DNA of 64,000 bases from Gammaproteobacteria bacterium (GTDB lineage: Bacteria > Pseudomonadota > Gammaproteobacteria > S012-40): positions 7,319-71,318 of the forward strand of contig JAOUMY010000010.1 in the NCBI GenBank assembly GCA_029881255.1, in the 5' to 3' direction. This document shows, one piece after another, positions 14,196-25,156 of the stretch. A program made the translations under genes and the position numbers. Under the pieces are notes generated by a model that did not search any database, had not been told where the DNA came from, and saw only the letters and a list, made by a program, of their open reading frames with translations. Position 1 is the stretch's first letter. Each line of letters begins with the position of its first letter.

Positions 14196-14316
14196 CTAGC
14201 TGATATTAAAGAAAATACTGGCTTGCTAGTATTAATATTGGGAAACTAGTTGTTTTGTGTTAGACTACGCCACCTTTTTTTTGGGTGTGTTGGTATAAGG
14301 ATCGGAGAAACCGACC

Positions 14317-14685
14317 ATGATTCAGATGCAGTCTGTTTTGGATATCGCGGACAACAGTGGCGCTCGACGCGTCATGTGTATAAAAGTGCTGGGAGGTTCC
14401 CGCCGCCGCTATGCCCATATTGGTGACATAATTAAAGTTAGCGTGAAAGAAGCAATTCCGCGCGGTAAGGTCAAAAAAGGCGATGTTTACAACGCCGTAG
14501 TTGTCCGTACTCGTAAAGGTGTTCGTCGTCAGGATGGATCTATCATCCGCTTCGATGGGAATGCTGCAGTTTTGCTGAACAACCAATTGCAACCAATTGG
14601 CACGCGTATATTTGGGCCGGTTACAAGAGAACTGCGCACCGAGAATTTTATGAAAATTATTTCTCTGGCACCTGAGGTGCTGTAG
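14317..14685 (+). CDS. rplN: 50S ribosomal protein L14
   Basis: [28 protein letters not shown]… matches L14; preceded by 120-nt intergenic region (expected location of spc operon promoter). Confidence 0.95.
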   Translation: MIQMQSVLDIADNSGARRVMCIKVLGGSRRRYAHIGDIIKVSVKEAIPRGKVKKGDVYNAVVVRTRKGVRRQDGSIIRFDGNAAVLLNNQLQPIGTRIFGPVTRELRTENFMKIISLAPEVL

Positions 14686-14707
14686 GTTTTTCGAGAGAGC
14701 TGAGAAA

Positions 14708-15025
14708 ATGCGTAAAATCAGAAAAGGCGATGACGTCATTGTTATTGCAGGTAAAGATAAAGGGAAGCGCGGAAGTGTGATGCGCGTTACCTCCGACAAT
14801 CGCGTATTTGTTGGTGGTGTCAATTTGGTTAAGCGCCACACCAAAGCGAATCCTAATATGGGAATTGCCGGCGGTATTATTGAAAAAGAAGCGTCGGTCG
14901 CTGCTTCTAATGTCATGCTTTTCAACCCGAAGACAAGCAAGGGCGAAAGAGTTGGTTTTAAAATGCTCGACGATGGCCGCAAAGTGCGCATTTTTAAATC
15001 TAGTGGCGACATCGTAGATGTGTAA
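14708..15025 (+). CDS. rplX: 50S ribosomal protein L24
   Basis: [24 protein letters not shown]… KOW motif, matches L24. Confidence 0.95.
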   Translation: MRKIRKGDDVIVIAGKDKGKRGSVMRVTSDNRVFVGGVNLVKRHTKANPNMGIAGGIIEKEASVAASNVMLFNPKTSKGERVGFKMLDDGRKVRIFKSSGDIVDV

Positions 15026-15037
15026 TGGTGAAAACTG

Positions 15038-15577
15038 ATGGCTAGGCTGAACGAATTTTATAAAGAAAGTGTAGTAAAGAAGCTCCAAGAGCAATTTAAC
15101 TACAAAAGTGCAATGGAAGTACCTCGCATAACCAAGATCACCCTGAATATGGGTGTTGGCGAAGCTGTTGGGGATAAAAAGGTTCTCGAAAGTGCGGTTA
15201 GCGATATGGTAGCGATCGCGGGTCAAAAGCCTGTTATTACCAAGGCTCGCAAATCTGAAGCGGGATTCAAGATTCGTGAAGGCTGGCCAATCGGCTGCAA
15301 GGTCACTCTTAGACGTGAACGTATGTTTGAATTTCTTGATCGTCTGATCAATATCTCTATTCCGCGTATTCGTGACTTCCGTGGTTTAAACCCAAAGTCT
15401 TTTGATGGTCGTGGTAACTACAGTATGGGTGTCAAGGAACAGATTATCTTTCCAGAAATAGATTACGACAGAATAGACAAGCTGCGTGGTATGGATATCA
15501 CTATAACCACTACGGCTAAAACTGACGAGGAAGGTCGCGCCCTGCTGGCGGCTTTCAACTTCCCGTTTAAGAATTGA
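15038..15577 (+). CDS. rplE: 50S ribosomal protein L5
   Basis: [43 protein letters not shown]… matches L5. Confidence 0.95.
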   Translation: MARLNEFYKESVVKKLQEQFNYKSAMEVPRITKITLNMGVGEAVGDKKVLESAVSDMVAIAGQKPVITKARKSEAGFKIREGWPIGCKVTLRRERMFEFLDRLINISIPRIRDFRGLNPKSFDGRGNYSMGVKEQIIFPEIDYDRIDKLRGMDITITTTAKTDEEGRALLAAFNFPFKN

Positions 15578-15590
15578 TCAGGATACCGTT

Positions 15591-15896
15591 ATGGCTAAAA
15601 AATCTATGATTAACAGAGAGTTAAAGCGCGCAAAAATGGTAAAGCAATATGCAGCCAAACGTGCAGCCCTTAAAGCTCAAATGACCAATGTCAATTTGTC
15701 AGATGAAGAAAGAGATGCAGCGGCGAAGAAATTTCATGCCTTGCCTCGTGACGCGAGCCCAGTACGTGCTCAGAATCGTTGTCGCGTAACAGGTCGCCCG
15801 CATGGTTTTTATCGTAAATTTGGTCTGGGCCGTAACAAGTTGCGTGAATATGCAATGCGTGGAGATGTTCCAGGTCTTGTGAAGTCCAGTTGGTAA
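15591..15896 (+). CDS. rpsN: 30S ribosomal protein S14 (long, non-zinc form)
   Basis: 101-aa product [29 protein letters not shown]… ending …[12 protein letters not shown], matches S14. Confidence 0.95.
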   Translation: MAKKSMINRELKRAKMVKQYAAKRAALKAQMTNVNLSDEERDAAAKKFHALPRDASPVRAQNRCRVTGRPHGFYRKFGLGRNKLREYAMRGDVPGLVKSSW

Positions 15897-15914
15897 AGAA
15901 TTAGGAGAAGCACC

Positions 15915-16310
15915 GTGTCGATGTCAGATCCAATTGCGGATATGTTAACCAGAATTCGCAATGCACAGGCGGCAAATAAGTCCGAAGTCAGCATGCCGAA
16001 CTCTAAAGCGAAGCTTGCGATTGCAAACGTCCTGAAACAGGAAGGTTACATAAGTGATGTTCGGGCTCAAGAAGAGGATGGTAAGGCCTTAATGGTTGTT
16101 ACTCTCAAGTATTTCGAAGGAAAGCCTGTCATCGATATGGTTAAACGCGTTAGCCGACCAGGTCTTCGTATATATAAAGCGTCAGAAGAGTTGCCTAAGG
16201 TACAGGGCGGTCTTGGTGTCGCAGTTATATCAACTTCTAAAGGAATCATGACTGACCGTGCAGCGCGTAAAGCCGGAGTCGGTGGTGAAGTCCTTTGTGT
16301 TGTCGCGTAA
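15915..16310 (+). CDS. rpsH: 30S ribosomal protein S8
   Basis: GTG-initiated [22 protein letters not shown]… matches E. coli S8 ([16 protein letters not shown]…); AGGAG at 15903-15907. Confidence 0.95.
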   Translation: MSMSDPIADMLTRIRNAQAANKSEVSMPNSKAKLAIANVLKQEGYISDVRAQEEDGKALMVVTLKYFEGKPVIDMVKRVSRPGLRIYKASEELPKVQGGLGVAVISTSKGIMTDRAARKAGVGGEVLCVVA

Positions 16311-16323
16311 CAGGTGAATTGAC

Positions 16324-16851
16324 ATGTCTCGTGTAGCAAAGAATCCAATTAACATTCCCAAAGGCGTAGATGTCTCGATTAGCGGACAGAATTTGTCTGT
16401 AAAGGGTCCTAAAGGCTCAATGGGTATGGAAGTTCATCAAGCCGTTAGTGTGTCTGTTGAAGAAAACCAAATTAGGTTTTCGGCTAATGAAGATAGCGGT
16501 CGTGCAATGGCCGGAACTATGCGTTCATTGGCGAACAACATCGTAACTGGCGTAGCAAATGGATTTGAAAAGAAATTGCAGCTTGTTGGTGTTGGTTATC
16601 GTGCACAAGCTCAAGGTAAGAATTTGAATCTCACTCTGGGTTTTTCTCATCCTGTGGTCTATGAAGCACCAGAAGGAATAACGATAGAAACACCCAGTCA
16701 GACTGAGATCCTTGTAAAGGGTGTAGATAAGCAAGCGGTAGGTCAGGTAGCGGCCAATATTAGGGCATACAGACCACCAGAGCCTTACAAGGGTAAGGGT
16801 GTCCGTTATGCGGATGAACAGATTAGCTTGAAAGAAGCGAAGAAGAAGTAG
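16324..16851 (+). CDS. rplF: 50S ribosomal protein L6
   Basis: [31 protein letters not shown]… matches L6. Confidence 0.95.
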   Translation: MSRVAKNPINIPKGVDVSISGQNLSVKGPKGSMGMEVHQAVSVSVEENQIRFSANEDSGRAMAGTMRSLANNIVTGVANGFEKKLQLVGVGYRAQAQGKNLNLTLGFSHPVVYEAPEGITIETPSQTEILVKGVDKQAVGQVAANIRAYRPPEPYKGKGVRYADEQISLKEAKKK

Positions 16852-16864
16852 GGGCGTACGACAT

Positions 16865-17218
16865 ATGGATAAGAAAACTGCACGTTTACGTAGAGCGAAA
16901 AAAGCTCGTGCGCGTATCCAGCAACTTGGCGTCACACGTCTTTGCGTTTATCGCACTCCTAAGCACATATATGCGCAAGTCATTGATGAAACCGGTAGCG
17001 TAGTCATAGCTGCAGCATCCACCACTGAAAAGGATGTTAAAGGCAACATCAAATACACCGGCAATGTCGATGCAGCGAAAGCAGTAGGAAAATTGATCGC
17101 AGAACGCGCCTCGCAAAAAGGTATTAAGAGCGTTGCATTCGATCGTTCTGGATTTAAGTATCATGGTCGTGTTAAAGCGTTGGCTGATGCTGCGCGTGAA
17201 GGCGGTCTGGAGTTCTAA
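16865..17218 (+). CDS. rplR: 50S ribosomal protein L18
   Basis: [39 protein letters not shown]… matches L18. Confidence 0.95.
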   Translation: MDKKTARLRRAKKARARIQQLGVTRLCVYRTPKHIYAQVIDETGSVVIAAASTTEKDVKGNIKYTGNVDAAKAVGKLIAERASQKGIKSVAFDRSGFKYHGRVKALADAAREGGLEF

Positions 17219-17229
17219 AAGGTTGGGAT

Positions 17230-17736
17230 ATGGCAAATCAAGACGTACAAACATCTGTTGATGATCTTCAGGAAAAGCTGGTAGCCGTAAATCGCGTTGC
17301 TAAGGTCGTAAAGGGCGGTCGCGTATTTAGTTTTTCAGCTCTAACGGTAATTGGTGATGGCAAAGGCCGCGTAGGTTTCGGTAGCGGAAAGGCAAGAGAA
17401 GTGCCCGTAGCTATTCAGAAAGCCCTGGAAAAGGCAAAAAAGAATATGGTGGATGTCGATCTTGATCGTAAGACGCTCCAGTATCCGGTAGTCGGACGTC
17501 ATGGGGCTGCTAAAGTCTATATGCAACCTGCATCGGATGGTACCGGTATTATTGCCGGCGGCGCCATGCGCGCGGTTTTGGAAGTGGTAGGCGTTCATGA
17601 TGTTTTAGCGAAATGTATCGGTACCAATAATCCATACAATGTTGTCCGAGCAACTATTCAAGGGTTGGCGTCGATGAATTCTCCGACACGGGTCGCGGCT
17701 AAGCGCGGAAAAACAGTAAAAGAGATTCTGGAATAA
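17230..17736 (+). CDS. rpsE: 30S ribosomal protein S5
   Basis: …[47 protein letters not shown]… matches S5. Confidence 0.95.
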   Translation: MANQDVQTSVDDLQEKLVAVNRVAKVVKGGRVFSFSALTVIGDGKGRVGFGSGKAREVPVAIQKALEKAKKNMVDVDLDRKTLQYPVVGRHGAAKVYMQPASDGTGIIAGGAMRAVLEVVGVHDVLAKCIGTNNPYNVVRATIQGLASMNSPTRVAAKRGKTVKEILE

Positions 17737-17739
17737 GTT

Positions 17740-17925
17740 ATGAGTACCAAAAAACTTAGAGTGAAACTGATTCGTAGCGTACACGGCCGACTCGAAGCGC
17801 ATAAAGCATGTGTTAGAGGTCTAGGGCTGCGTCGTATGCACCACACAGTTGAAGTAATCGATACTCCTGAAAATCGCGGCATGATAAATAAAGTTTCTTA
17901 CATGCTGCAGGTAGAGGAAGCCTAA
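17740..17925 (+). CDS. rpmD: 50S ribosomal protein L30
   Basis: 61-aa product [39 protein letters not shown]… matches L30. Confidence 0.9.
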   Translation: MSTKKLRVKLIRSVHGRLEAHKACVRGLGLRRMHHTVEVIDTPENRGMINKVSYMLQVEEA

Positions 17926-17926
17926 T

Positions 17927-18361
17927 ATGTACTTGAATTCTATTAAACCTCAGGAAGGCTCCAAGAAAGAAGGTAAGCGCGTAGGTCGCGGAATTGGTTC
18001 TGGCCTGGGTAAGACTTGCGGCCGTGGCCACAAAGGTGTCACGTCTCGTTCCGGTGGACGTGTTAGACGCGGTTTTGAGGGTGGTCAACAGCCTTTGCAT
18101 CGTCGTTTGCCAAAAGTTGGATTTAGCTCCAGGGTAGAGCGTATTACAGATGAAGTACGTTTGAACGAGCTATCCAAAGTCGATGGAGATACTATTGATC
18201 TGGCCGCGTTGAAAAAAGCAGGTGTTTTAAATAACAGCATACTGCGTGCAAAAATTATTTTGTCTGGAAAAATTGAAAAGGCTGTAACTGTGCGTGGCCT
18301 GGGAGTAACGCCTGGCGCCAAAGCAGCCATTGAAGCCGCTGGTGGAAAGGTAGAAGGATAA
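17927..18361 (+). CDS. rplO: 50S ribosomal protein L15
   Basis: [37 protein letters not shown]… matches L15. Confidence 0.95.
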   Translation: MYLNSIKPQEGSKKEGKRVGRGIGSGLGKTCGRGHKGVTSRSGGRVRRGFEGGQQPLHRRLPKVGFSSRVERITDEVRLNELSKVDGDTIDLAALKKAGVLNNSILRAKIILSGKIEKAVTVRGLGVTPGAKAAIEAAGGKVEG

Positions 18362-18363
18362 GC

Positions 18364-19716
18364 GTGGCAGATTCCCGTTCAGCAATTGCAGCGAGTATGG
18401 CCGGAGGTAATCTGGTCGAGTTAAGACAGCGACTTTTCTTTGTCATTGGCGCATTAATCGTATTTCGAATTGGCGCCCATATTCCAGTTCCCGGAATAGA
18501 TCCTGTCGCACTCGCGCAATTGTTTGAACAGCAAAAAGGCACAATTCTGGACATGTTTAACATGTTTTCCGGGGGGGCGCTGGGGCGTTTGTCGGTGTTT
18601 GCTCTGGGTGTAATGCCGTATATCTCGGCATCAATTATCGTTCAGTTGCTTTCATCAGTTTGGCCAAAACTTGAACAGATAAAGAAAGAAGGTGAGTCGG
18701 GACGTCGCAAAATTACACAGTATACGCGGTATCTCACCGTGGTTCTGGCGACGTTTCAATCTATTGGGGTTTCGATTGCCCTACAAAGTCAGCGCATTGG
18801 CAATGTGTCTGTGGTAATCGAGCCAGGCCCATTGTTTGTGTTTACGGCAGTGGTCACGCTAGTCTGTGGCACTATCTTCTTAATGTGGCTGGGTGAGCAA
18901 GTTACAGAGAGAGGAATTGGAAACGGTATATCGCTGATAATTTTTGCCGGGATCGTAGCCGGATTGCCATCTGCCATCGGTGGCACTATGGAACTAGGGC
19001 GTACCGGGGAGCTTAACTGGTTTACCATTTTGTTCCTGTTCTTGATTGCTGCAGCGGTAACGTTCTTCGTAGTCTTTGTGGAAAGAGGGCAGCGTCGTAT
19101 TACCGTTAACTACGCCAAACGCCAGGTAGGCAACAAATTGTATTCGGGCGGAACGAGCTATTTTCCGCTCAAAGTAAATATGGCTGGTGTTATACCGCCG
19201 ATATTTGCTTCCAGTGTGATTTTATTTCCGGCAACAATGGCTGGATGGTTCGGAAGCGGTTCAGAATCGTTGGAGTGGTTAAAAGACCTAGCTCAGGCGA
19301 TTTCGCCGGGCCAGCCACTTTATGTAATGTTATACGCATTTGCGATTATATTTTTCTGCTTTTTCTATACGGCATTGGTGTTCAATCCGAAAGAAACTGC
19401 AGACAACTTAAAGCGCTCCGGCGCCTTTATACCGGGTGTTCGTCCAGGCGAGCATACCGCAAAACACATAGACAACATCATGTCGCGGCTCACGCTAGCT
19501 GGCGCGATCTACATCACCGCGGTGTGTCTATTGCCTGAATTTTTGATTTTGTATTGGAATGTACCATTCTATTTTGGCGGAACGTCATTGCTCATCGTTG
19601 TGGTGGTTGTTATGGATTTTATGTCACAAATTCAAGCACATATGATGTCTCACCAATATGAGGGTTTAATGAAGAAGGCCAACCTTAAAAGCCATGGACG
19701 TAGTGGCTTACGTTAG
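18364..19716 (+). CDS. secY: Preprotein translocase subunit SecY
   Basis: 450-aa, 10-TM protein aligning with E. coli SecY throughout (…[28 protein letters not shown]…[20 protein letters not shown]…); GTG start. Confidence 0.95.
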   Translation: MADSRSAIAASMAGGNLVELRQRLFFVIGALIVFRIGAHIPVPGIDPVALAQLFEQQKGTILDMFNMFSGGALGRLSVFALGVMPYISASIIVQLLSSVWPKLEQIKKEGESGRRKITQYTRYLTVVLATFQSIGVSIALQSQRIGNVSVVIEPGPLFVFTAVVTLVCGTIFLMWLGEQVTERGIGNGISLIIFAGIVAGLPSAIGGTMELGRTGELNWFTILFLFLIAAAVTFFVVFVERGQRRITVNYAKRQVGNKLYSGGTSYFPLKVNMAGVIPPIFASSVILFPATMAGWFGSGSESLEWLKDLAQAISPGQPLYVMLYAFAIIFFCFFYTALVFNPKETADNLKRSGAFIPGVRPGEHTAKHIDNIMSRLTLAGAIYITAVCLLPEFLILYWNVPFYFGGTSLLIVVVVVMDFMSQIQAHMMSHQYEGLMKKANLKSHGRSGLR

Positions 19717-19747
19717 GTGAACCAGTTGTATTGATGAGGATATAGCG

Positions 19748-19861
19748 ATGAAGGTAAGAACGTCCGTTAAGAAATTGTGCCGCCACTGTCACGTGGTGAA
19801 ACGTAAAGGCGTAGTGCGAGTAATCTGCAAAGATGCGCGCCATAAGCAACGTCAGGGCTAA
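19748..19861 (+). CDS. rpmJ: 50S ribosomal protein L36
   Basis: Not in ORF track (37 aa). ATG at 19748 encodes [37 protein letters not shown], the conserved C-x2-C-x12-C-x4-H zinc-ribbon L36; expected position after secY. Confidence 0.9.
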   Translation: MKVRTSVKKLCRHCHVVKRKGVVRVICKDARHKQRQG

Positions 19862-19883
19862 TGTCGGATTTCCTATTCCGGCT

Positions 19884-19912
19884 TGATTTAACTATTTGAA
19901 AAGAGTAGAATT
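19884..19912 (+). promoter_or_regulatory. Candidate sigma70 promoter of the alpha operon (rpsM-rpsK-rpsD-rpoA-rplQ)
   Basis: -35 TTGATT (19884-19889), 17-nt spacer, -10 TAGAAT (19907-19912), 35 nt upstream of rpsM ATG. Confidence 0.45.
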
Positions 19913-19947
19913 CGGCGGCTTTAGCCCGTCGAAATGTGGAGATTGAA

Positions 19948-20304
19948 ATGGCGCGTATAGCGGGTATAAATATTCCTACGCAAAAACATACAGTTATCGC
20001 TTTGCGGTCAATTTATGGTATTGGATCGACACGTGCAAAATTAATTTGTAACGCGGCTGGTATTAGTCCGCAGACCAAAGTGCGCGATCTAAATGAAGAT
20101 CAGTTGGAAACGCTTCGCACAGAAGTGGGTAAATTTACTGTCGAAGGTGACTTACGTCGTGAAGTTTCCATGAATATCAAGCGACTCATGGACTTAGGAT
20201 GTTATCGTGGAATTCGTCATCGTCGCGGTCTGCCATTACGCGGCCAACGCACTCGAACTAACGCACGTACCCGTAAAGGGCCACGGCGCGCCATCAAGAA
20301 ATAA
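19948..20304 (+). CDS. rpsM: 30S ribosomal protein S13
   Basis: [31 protein letters not shown]… aligns from residue 1 with E. coli S13; GGAG at 19937-19940. Track ORF starts 12 nt earlier (19936). Confidence 0.95.
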   Translation: MARIAGINIPTQKHTVIALRSIYGIGSTRAKLICNAAGISPQTKVRDLNEDQLETLRTEVGKFTVEGDLRREVSMNIKRLMDLGCYRGIRHRRGLPLRGQRTRTNARTRKGPRRAIKK

Positions 20305-20329
20305 CTAAGATTCGGAACCAGGTAAGATT

Positions 20330-20719
20330 ATGGCAAAGGCTTCAGCAAAAACTCGTAAACGCGTCAAAAAGAATGTATCGGACGCTCTGGCACATATCCA
20401 TGCGTCGTTTAACAACACTATCGTTACCATAACCGATCGCCAGGGCAATACTTTGTCTTGGGCGACATCAGGTGGTTCTGGATTTCGTGGATCGCGTAAA
20501 AGTACACCGTTTGCTGCACAGGTAGCATCCGAACGTGCGGCACGTGCAGCACAGGAATTTGGTGTAAAGAATGTTGATGTCTTTGTCAAAGGACCGGGAC
20601 CAGGTAGAGAGTCAGCGGTACGCGCATTGAATCTCGTTGGTTTCAAAATTAACAATATTACGGACGTAACGCCTATTCCTCATAACGGCTGTCGTCCTCC
20701 TAAGAAACGTAGAGTATAG
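20330..20719 (+). CDS. rpsK: 30S ribosomal protein S11
   Basis: [40 protein letters not shown]… matches S11. Confidence 0.95.
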   Translation: MAKASAKTRKRVKKNVSDALAHIHASFNNTIVTITDRQGNTLSWATSGGSGFRGSRKSTPFAAQVASERAARAAQEFGVKNVDVFVKGPGPGRESAVRALNLVGFKINNITDVTPIPHNGCRPPKKRRV

Positions 20720-20733
20720 GCAGGAGTTAAGCT

Positions 20734-21360
20734 GTGGCTAGATATATCGGTGCAAAGTGTCGTCAATGCCGTAGGGAAGGCACAAAGCTTTTCTTGAAGG
20801 GCGACAAATGTTTTAGCGATAAGTGTCCTATGGAAAATCGACCTTTCCCACCGGGGCAGCATGGACAGCGACGCGCCAGATTGTCGGACTATGCAACTCA
20901 GTTGCGTGAAAAGCAGAAAGTTCGGCGAATTTATGGCGTTTTGGAAAGCCAATTTCGCCTTTATTATAAAGAGGCGGACCGCCGTAAAGGTTCAACAGGT
21001 GAGAATTTGTTGCAGCTGCTTGAATGCCGTTTGGACAATGTAGCGTTCAGAATGGGCTTTGGAGCATCGCGCACAGAAGCAAGACAATTGGTGCGCCATA
21101 ACGGTGTTACTGTTAATGGTAAAAAGGTCAATATCCCCTCATACCAGGTAAAACCAAACGATGTTGTAGCCATAGCAGATGGTGCGAAAAATCAGTTACG
21201 CGTCAAAGCTTCGCTTGAAAGTGCAGAGCAACGTGGATTTTCTGATTGGGTAAGTGTAGACGCCAAAAAGATGGAAGGAACATTTAGAAGTATTCCTGAG
21301 CGATCGGAATTACCCACGGATATCAATGAGCAACTGATTGTTGAATTGTACTCCAAGTAA
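20734..21360 (+). CDS. rpsD: 30S ribosomal protein S4 (Cys4 zinc-ribbon form)
   Basis: [34 protein letters not shown]… full-length S4 with N-terminal C-x2-C…C-x4-C motif (absent from E. coli S4). Confidence 0.95.
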   Translation: MARYIGAKCRQCRREGTKLFLKGDKCFSDKCPMENRPFPPGQHGQRRARLSDYATQLREKQKVRRIYGVLESQFRLYYKEADRRKGSTGENLLQLLECRLDNVAFRMGFGASRTEARQLVRHNGVTVNGKKVNIPSYQVKPNDVVAIADGAKNQLRVKASLESAEQRGFSDWVSVDAKKMEGTFRSIPERSELPTDINEQLIVELYSK

Positions 21361-21380
21361 TAATTGAGAGAGGAACTTGC

Positions 21381-22376
21381 ATGCAAGGCGGACTAGGAGA
21401 CTTACTTAAACCCCGTTTGGTTGAAGTGCAGAAGGCGTCTGATACCAGAGCAAAAATTACGCTAGAGCCTCTCGAGCGTGGTTTCGGGCATACGTTAGGC
21501 AATGCGTTGAGACGTATTTTATTGTCTTCTATGCCGGGCTGTTCGGTCACCGAAGTAGAAATCGATGGCGTTTTGCATGAGTACAGCACAATCGAAGGCG
21601 TGCAGGAAGACGTTATCGAGATAATGCTTAATCTAAAAGAATTGGCCATAATTCTGCACACGCGTGACGAAGCTACTTTGACATTAAGCAAGAAAGGTCC
21701 CGGTCCTGTTACAGCCGGTGATATTACACTTGATCACGATGTAGAAGTAATTAAGCCGGATCAGGTTATCGCGAACCTGACTAAGTCAGGCGAATTGAAT
21801 ATGTCTATCAAGATTGCACGTGGACGTGGCTACCAGCCCGCGAGCTCACGTGGTGGGGATGAGGATCGTCCTATCGGAAGATTGCAATTGGACGCATCTT
21901 TTAGCCCAGTCAGAAAAGTAGCCTATGTGGTCGATAGTGCCCGCGTTGATCAAAGAACTGACCTCGATAAATTGATTATAGAGTTAGAGACCAACGGAAC
22001 AATTGATCCGGAAGAAGCAATTCGTCATGCAGCAACCATACTGCAAGACCAGTTGACGCACTTTATTGATCTAAAAGGAACAACTGAAGAGCGTCCGCGT
22101 CAGGAAGAGCCAGAAGTTGATCCAATACTGTTGCGGCCTGTTGATGATCTCGAACTTACAGTTAGATCAGCGAATTGCCTAAAAGCAGAGAATATCTATT
22201 ACATCGGTGATTTGATTCAGCGTACAGAAGTAGAGCTGTTAAAAACGCCAAATCTTGGTAAGAAGTCTTTGACAGAAATAAAAGACGTTCTTGCCTCAAA
22301 AGGGTTGTCATTGGGTATGCGTCTTGAAAATTGGCCTCCGGCGCAAATCAAGGATCGCTCAAAAGAAACAGCCTAA
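21381..22376 (+). CDS. rpoA: DNA-directed RNA polymerase subunit alpha
   Basis: 331-aa product near-colinear with E. coli RpoA (…[27 protein letters not shown]…, C-terminal …[59 protein letters not shown]). Confidence 0.95.
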   Translation: MQGGLGDLLKPRLVEVQKASDTRAKITLEPLERGFGHTLGNALRRILLSSMPGCSVTEVEIDGVLHEYSTIEGVQEDVIEIMLNLKELAIILHTRDEATLTLSKKGPGPVTAGDITLDHDVEVIKPDQVIANLTKSGELNMSIKIARGRGYQPASSRGGDEDRPIGRLQLDASFSPVRKVAYVVDSARVDQRTDLDKLIIELETNGTIDPEEAIRHAATILQDQLTHFIDLKGTTEERPRQEEPEVDPILLRPVDDLELTVRSANCLKAENIYYIGDLIQRTEVELLKTPNLGKKSLTEIKDVLASKGLSLGMRLENWPPAQIKDRSKETA

Positions 22377-22408
22377 AGCACACAATACGTTTTTATAGGT
22401 AAGAGACA

Positions 22409-22795
22409 ATGCGTCATAGAAATATAGGAAGACAGTTAGGCCGTACCAGTTCTCATCGTAAAGCGATGTTACAGAACATGGCGGTATCGCTGTTCAAGCA
22501 CGAAACAATCAAAACTACGGTCGCCAAGGCGAAAGAATTGCGAAGCGTAGTAGAGCCGTTAATCACACGCGCAAAGACGGACAGTGTAGCCAATCGACGT
22601 GTTGTTTTTTCCCGAATTCGCGACAAAGCAATGACTGGTAAGTTGTTTACCGATCTCGGTCCGCGCTTCAAGAGCCGTCCAGGTGGTTATATACGAATCG
22701 TACGCTGTGGTTTCCGCGCAGGTGACTCTGCTCCCATGGCAATAGTGCAATTAGTTGATCAAGCAGATAGTGCAGCCGAAACAACTTCTGCTTAG
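22409..22795 (+). CDS. rplQ: 50S ribosomal protein L17
   Basis: [45 protein letters not shown]… matches L17. Confidence 0.95.
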   Translation: MRHRNIGRQLGRTSSHRKAMLQNMAVSLFKHETIKTTVAKAKELRSVVEPLITRAKTDSVANRRVVFSRIRDKAMTGKLFTDLGPRFKSRPGGYIRIVRCGFRAGDSAPMAIVQLVDQADSAAETTSA

Positions 22796-22821
22796 AATAT
22801 TTAAAAATTCGATTAAAAGAA

Positions 22822-22855
22822 ACGGCGCGTGTTCTACACGCGCCGTTTTTTTTTA
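22822..22855 (+). terminator. Rho-independent terminator closing the alpha operon
   Basis: Perfect 10-bp stem ACGGCGCGTG/CACGCGCCGT with 5-nt loop (22822-22846) followed by T9 (22847-22855). Confidence 0.8.
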
Positions 22856-22880
22856 ACTAAAAAAGTTCAAGGAGCAGAAG

Positions 22881-23603
22881 ATGATCGTGACTTTCACTGA
22901 TTTTGGCTGGCGTGGACCCTATATCGGAGAGTTAGAGTTATGCCTGAGTCGTGCTAAAGTACCAGTCATCCATCTTTTTAGAGATGCCCCTCGTTTTAAT
23001 CCAGGTCTTTCAGCGCATCTGATAGCGCCTTTTGTGTCAAGGTTTCCAAAACACACAGTTTTTCTTGGTGTGGTTGACCCAGGTGTTGGTACTGATTCGC
23101 GCAATCCGGTTGTTTTGTTTGCGGATGATCAATGGTTCGTTGGTCCGGGAAATGGTTTGTTTGATGTGATTGCGGCGCGTGCGACAAGTCAGGTTTGGTT
23201 TGATATACACTGGCGTCCAGAGCAGCTATCAAGTACTTTTCATGGCCGGGATCTGTTCGCGCCAATTGCCGTACATATTGCGCAAAAACATAATGTCGAC
23301 ACGGTTTGCAAAGAAAACAGTCTGCGCTTAGACGCGTCTTTTGGAAAAGGGATTAATCGCATTATTTACATAGACTCGTTTGGAAACTGCATCACAGGCG
23401 TAAGAGCGGAAGATCTGACCTCAGGTAGTACTATATCTGTGAATGGGCGACAAATTCGAATGATGGCAACATTTGGCGATGTTGCACAAGGTGAGGCACT
23501 TTGTTTTTTTAATTCAAGTGGACTCTTAGAGATAGCAGTAAACCAAGGTAGTGCGGAAGAAAAATTGGGATTGCGCGTTGGGTCAGATATTGAATTTATA
23601 TAG
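22881..23603 (+). CDS. SAM hydroxide adenosyltransferase family protein (DUF62; chlorinase/fluorinase-like fold)
   Basis: 240-aa product beginning MIVTFTDFGWRGPYIGELE… (the N-terminal TDFG…Y SAM-binding signature of DUF62), with …GVVDPGVGTDSR… downstream; RBS AAGGAG 8 nt upstream. Confidence 0.6.
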   Translation: MIVTFTDFGWRGPYIGELELCLSRAKVPVIHLFRDAPRFNPGLSAHLIAPFVSRFPKHTVFLGVVDPGVGTDSRNPVVLFADDQWFVGPGNGLFDVIAARATSQVWFDIHWRPEQLSSTFHGRDLFAPIAVHIAQKHNVDTVCKENSLRLDASFGKGINRIIYIDSFGNCITGVRAEDLTSGSTISVNGRQIRMMATFGDVAQGEALCFFNSSGLLEIAVNQGSAEEKLGLRVGSDIEFI

Positions 23604-23614
23604 ACTACGTCGGA

Positions 23615-25156
23615 CTACGCCAGCCACACTTTGTAAGTTTTACTTCCGTGTGAATATTCGAATACATTTTGCGGTGCTATACCGCTCTTTTTTACCCGGT
23701 CGAGAATTTGTTTCAAATTTATATCAGTGCTTGCATTTAGCTGCTCCAAAACTTCTTGGGGCATGATGTCCTCAATCTCTAGAATAGCGTTCGCAGGCAA
23801 GTGTACGCCGACTGTTTGTCGAGTGTTTTCCCATACTTCCACCTCTAGCGTCTTAGCCAGCGCACGCGTTGAAGTGGCGAGTATTTGAAGGTCATCAGAA
23901 ATAGGGGGGAGTTGAAAATTTCGCGCTGTGTGTGCTAAATCGGCACCTACAGCTTCGATTAATAGAGAGTACCAATCTGAAAATGCTTTTATAGTTACTA
24001 GATTTTGGCAAAGTCCCTGAAATGCACGAATGAGCAAAAACAGTTCAGCGGGCCCTGAGGACCTAAACCACCATTTTTCCTCTCCTAAAAGACTATCAAG
24101 CCCCTTTTGAACATGCCAGTCCACCACTCGGAAACGTCCATCTGCGAGAAAAGGGCGAAAAAGAACCTGGCACATCATCGGTAAAGCGTGATGTATATAG
24201 GAAAGCTTTTTACCGTCGAAACCCATTGCAACAAAGCATTGCATAGGCGAGATAGGCGTTTCTTCCTTTAGTGCGATTAAAAGTTTCAGTAGGGCAAGAC
24301 GCGCTGTCCGCGGTATGGGCACGGTACAACCATAATCGAGCAATATGACTTCGGGGTTATTTTGTGATCGCTTTCTGTAAAAGCTATTTCCAATATGGGG
24401 ATCACCATGAATCTCGCCGTGCACAAAAAGACTTTTAAATAACGTTTTTATTAGTATGCGCGCCACCGACTGTCGTTCTTCACTTGGCCAGTTTTCGATT
24501 TCTGTAATATTTTGCCCCTGTTCCCAGCTCTGTACCAAAACCTTTTCTGAACACAGCTCCTCGTATATTTTGGGCACAACAAGTCCGTCAACGCGTACTC
24601 CCTCGCAGAACTCTTTTTGCCTCTTAGCCTCCGAGCGATAGTCTAATTCTTTCGCCATATTTTTCCGGAGTTCAAGTTTATAGTTCTCGAGATTGAATCC
24701 CCATTTACGAACTGGCCCCATGCCTGGTAAGAGACCGGCTATCTTCAATTCACCTTCAACGGCGTCTTGTATGTTGGGGTATTGTATTTTTACAGCCACT
24801 TGTTCGCCGGTCTTCAATATTGCTTGATGAACCTGACCGAGTGAAGCGGCTGCATTCGCTTCCTCAATAGACTGAAATACATTTTCCACAGGTTGCCCCA
24901 GCGATTTCTGCAGGATGGGAAGCATGGTTTCGAGTGGATAGGGCTCTATATTGTCGAGGAGTTGGCGATAGGGTGAGCCCTCTGAATCGACCAGAAGTTG
25001 TCCGACCTTCATCATAATGCCACGGGCATTGGCAAATAGATTTGCCAATGCTTTGCGCGCGATTTCCTTTTTACGGTCATCGTCAGAGAGGCGTATTTGA
25101 GCGGCAGCCAGCCCAGCCTTGCCCAAGATGACGCCGCGTTTAAAGCCTTCTAACAT
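23615..25156 (-). CDS. ABC1/UbiB-family atypical protein kinase
   Basis: 513-aa product with ABC1 hallmarks (…MMKVGQLLV…, …AASLGQVHQAILKTGEQVAVKIQYPNI…, HGDPHIGN). Convergent with the DUF62 gene (11-nt gap). Confidence 0.7.
   Translation of the reverse strand: MLEGFKRGVILGKAGLAAAQIRLSDDDRKKEIARKALANLFANARGIMMKVGQLLVDSEGSPYRQLLDNIEPYPLETMLPILQKSLGQPVENVFQSIEEANAAASLGQVHQAILKTGEQVAVKIQYPNIQDAVEGELKIAGLLPGMGPVRKWGFNLENYKLELRKNMAKELDYRSEAKRQKEFCEGVRVDGLVVPKIYEELCSEKVLVQSWEQGQNITEIENWPSEERQSVARILIKTLFKSLFVHGEIHGDPHIGNSFYRKRSQNNPEVILLDYGCTVPIPRTARLALLKLLIALKEETPISPMQCFVAMGFDGKKLSYIHHALPMMCQVLFRPFLADGRFRVVDWHVQKGLDSLLGEEKWWFRSSGPAELFLLIRAFQGLCQNLVTIKAFSDWYSLLIEAVGADLAHTARNFQLPPISDDLQILATSTRALAKTLEVEVWENTRQTVGVHLPANAILEIEDIMPQEVLEQLNASTDINLKQILDRVKKSGIAPQNVFEYSHGSKTYKVWLA

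Noticed and set aside
14196-14316. spc operon promoter and small inverted repeats (ctagc…gctag) in the rpsQ-rplN spacer
   Set aside because: Several partial -35/-10-like hexamers but none with good consensus and spacing, and the inverted repeats are short (5-6 bp). A promoter is expected here by synteny but I cannot place it.
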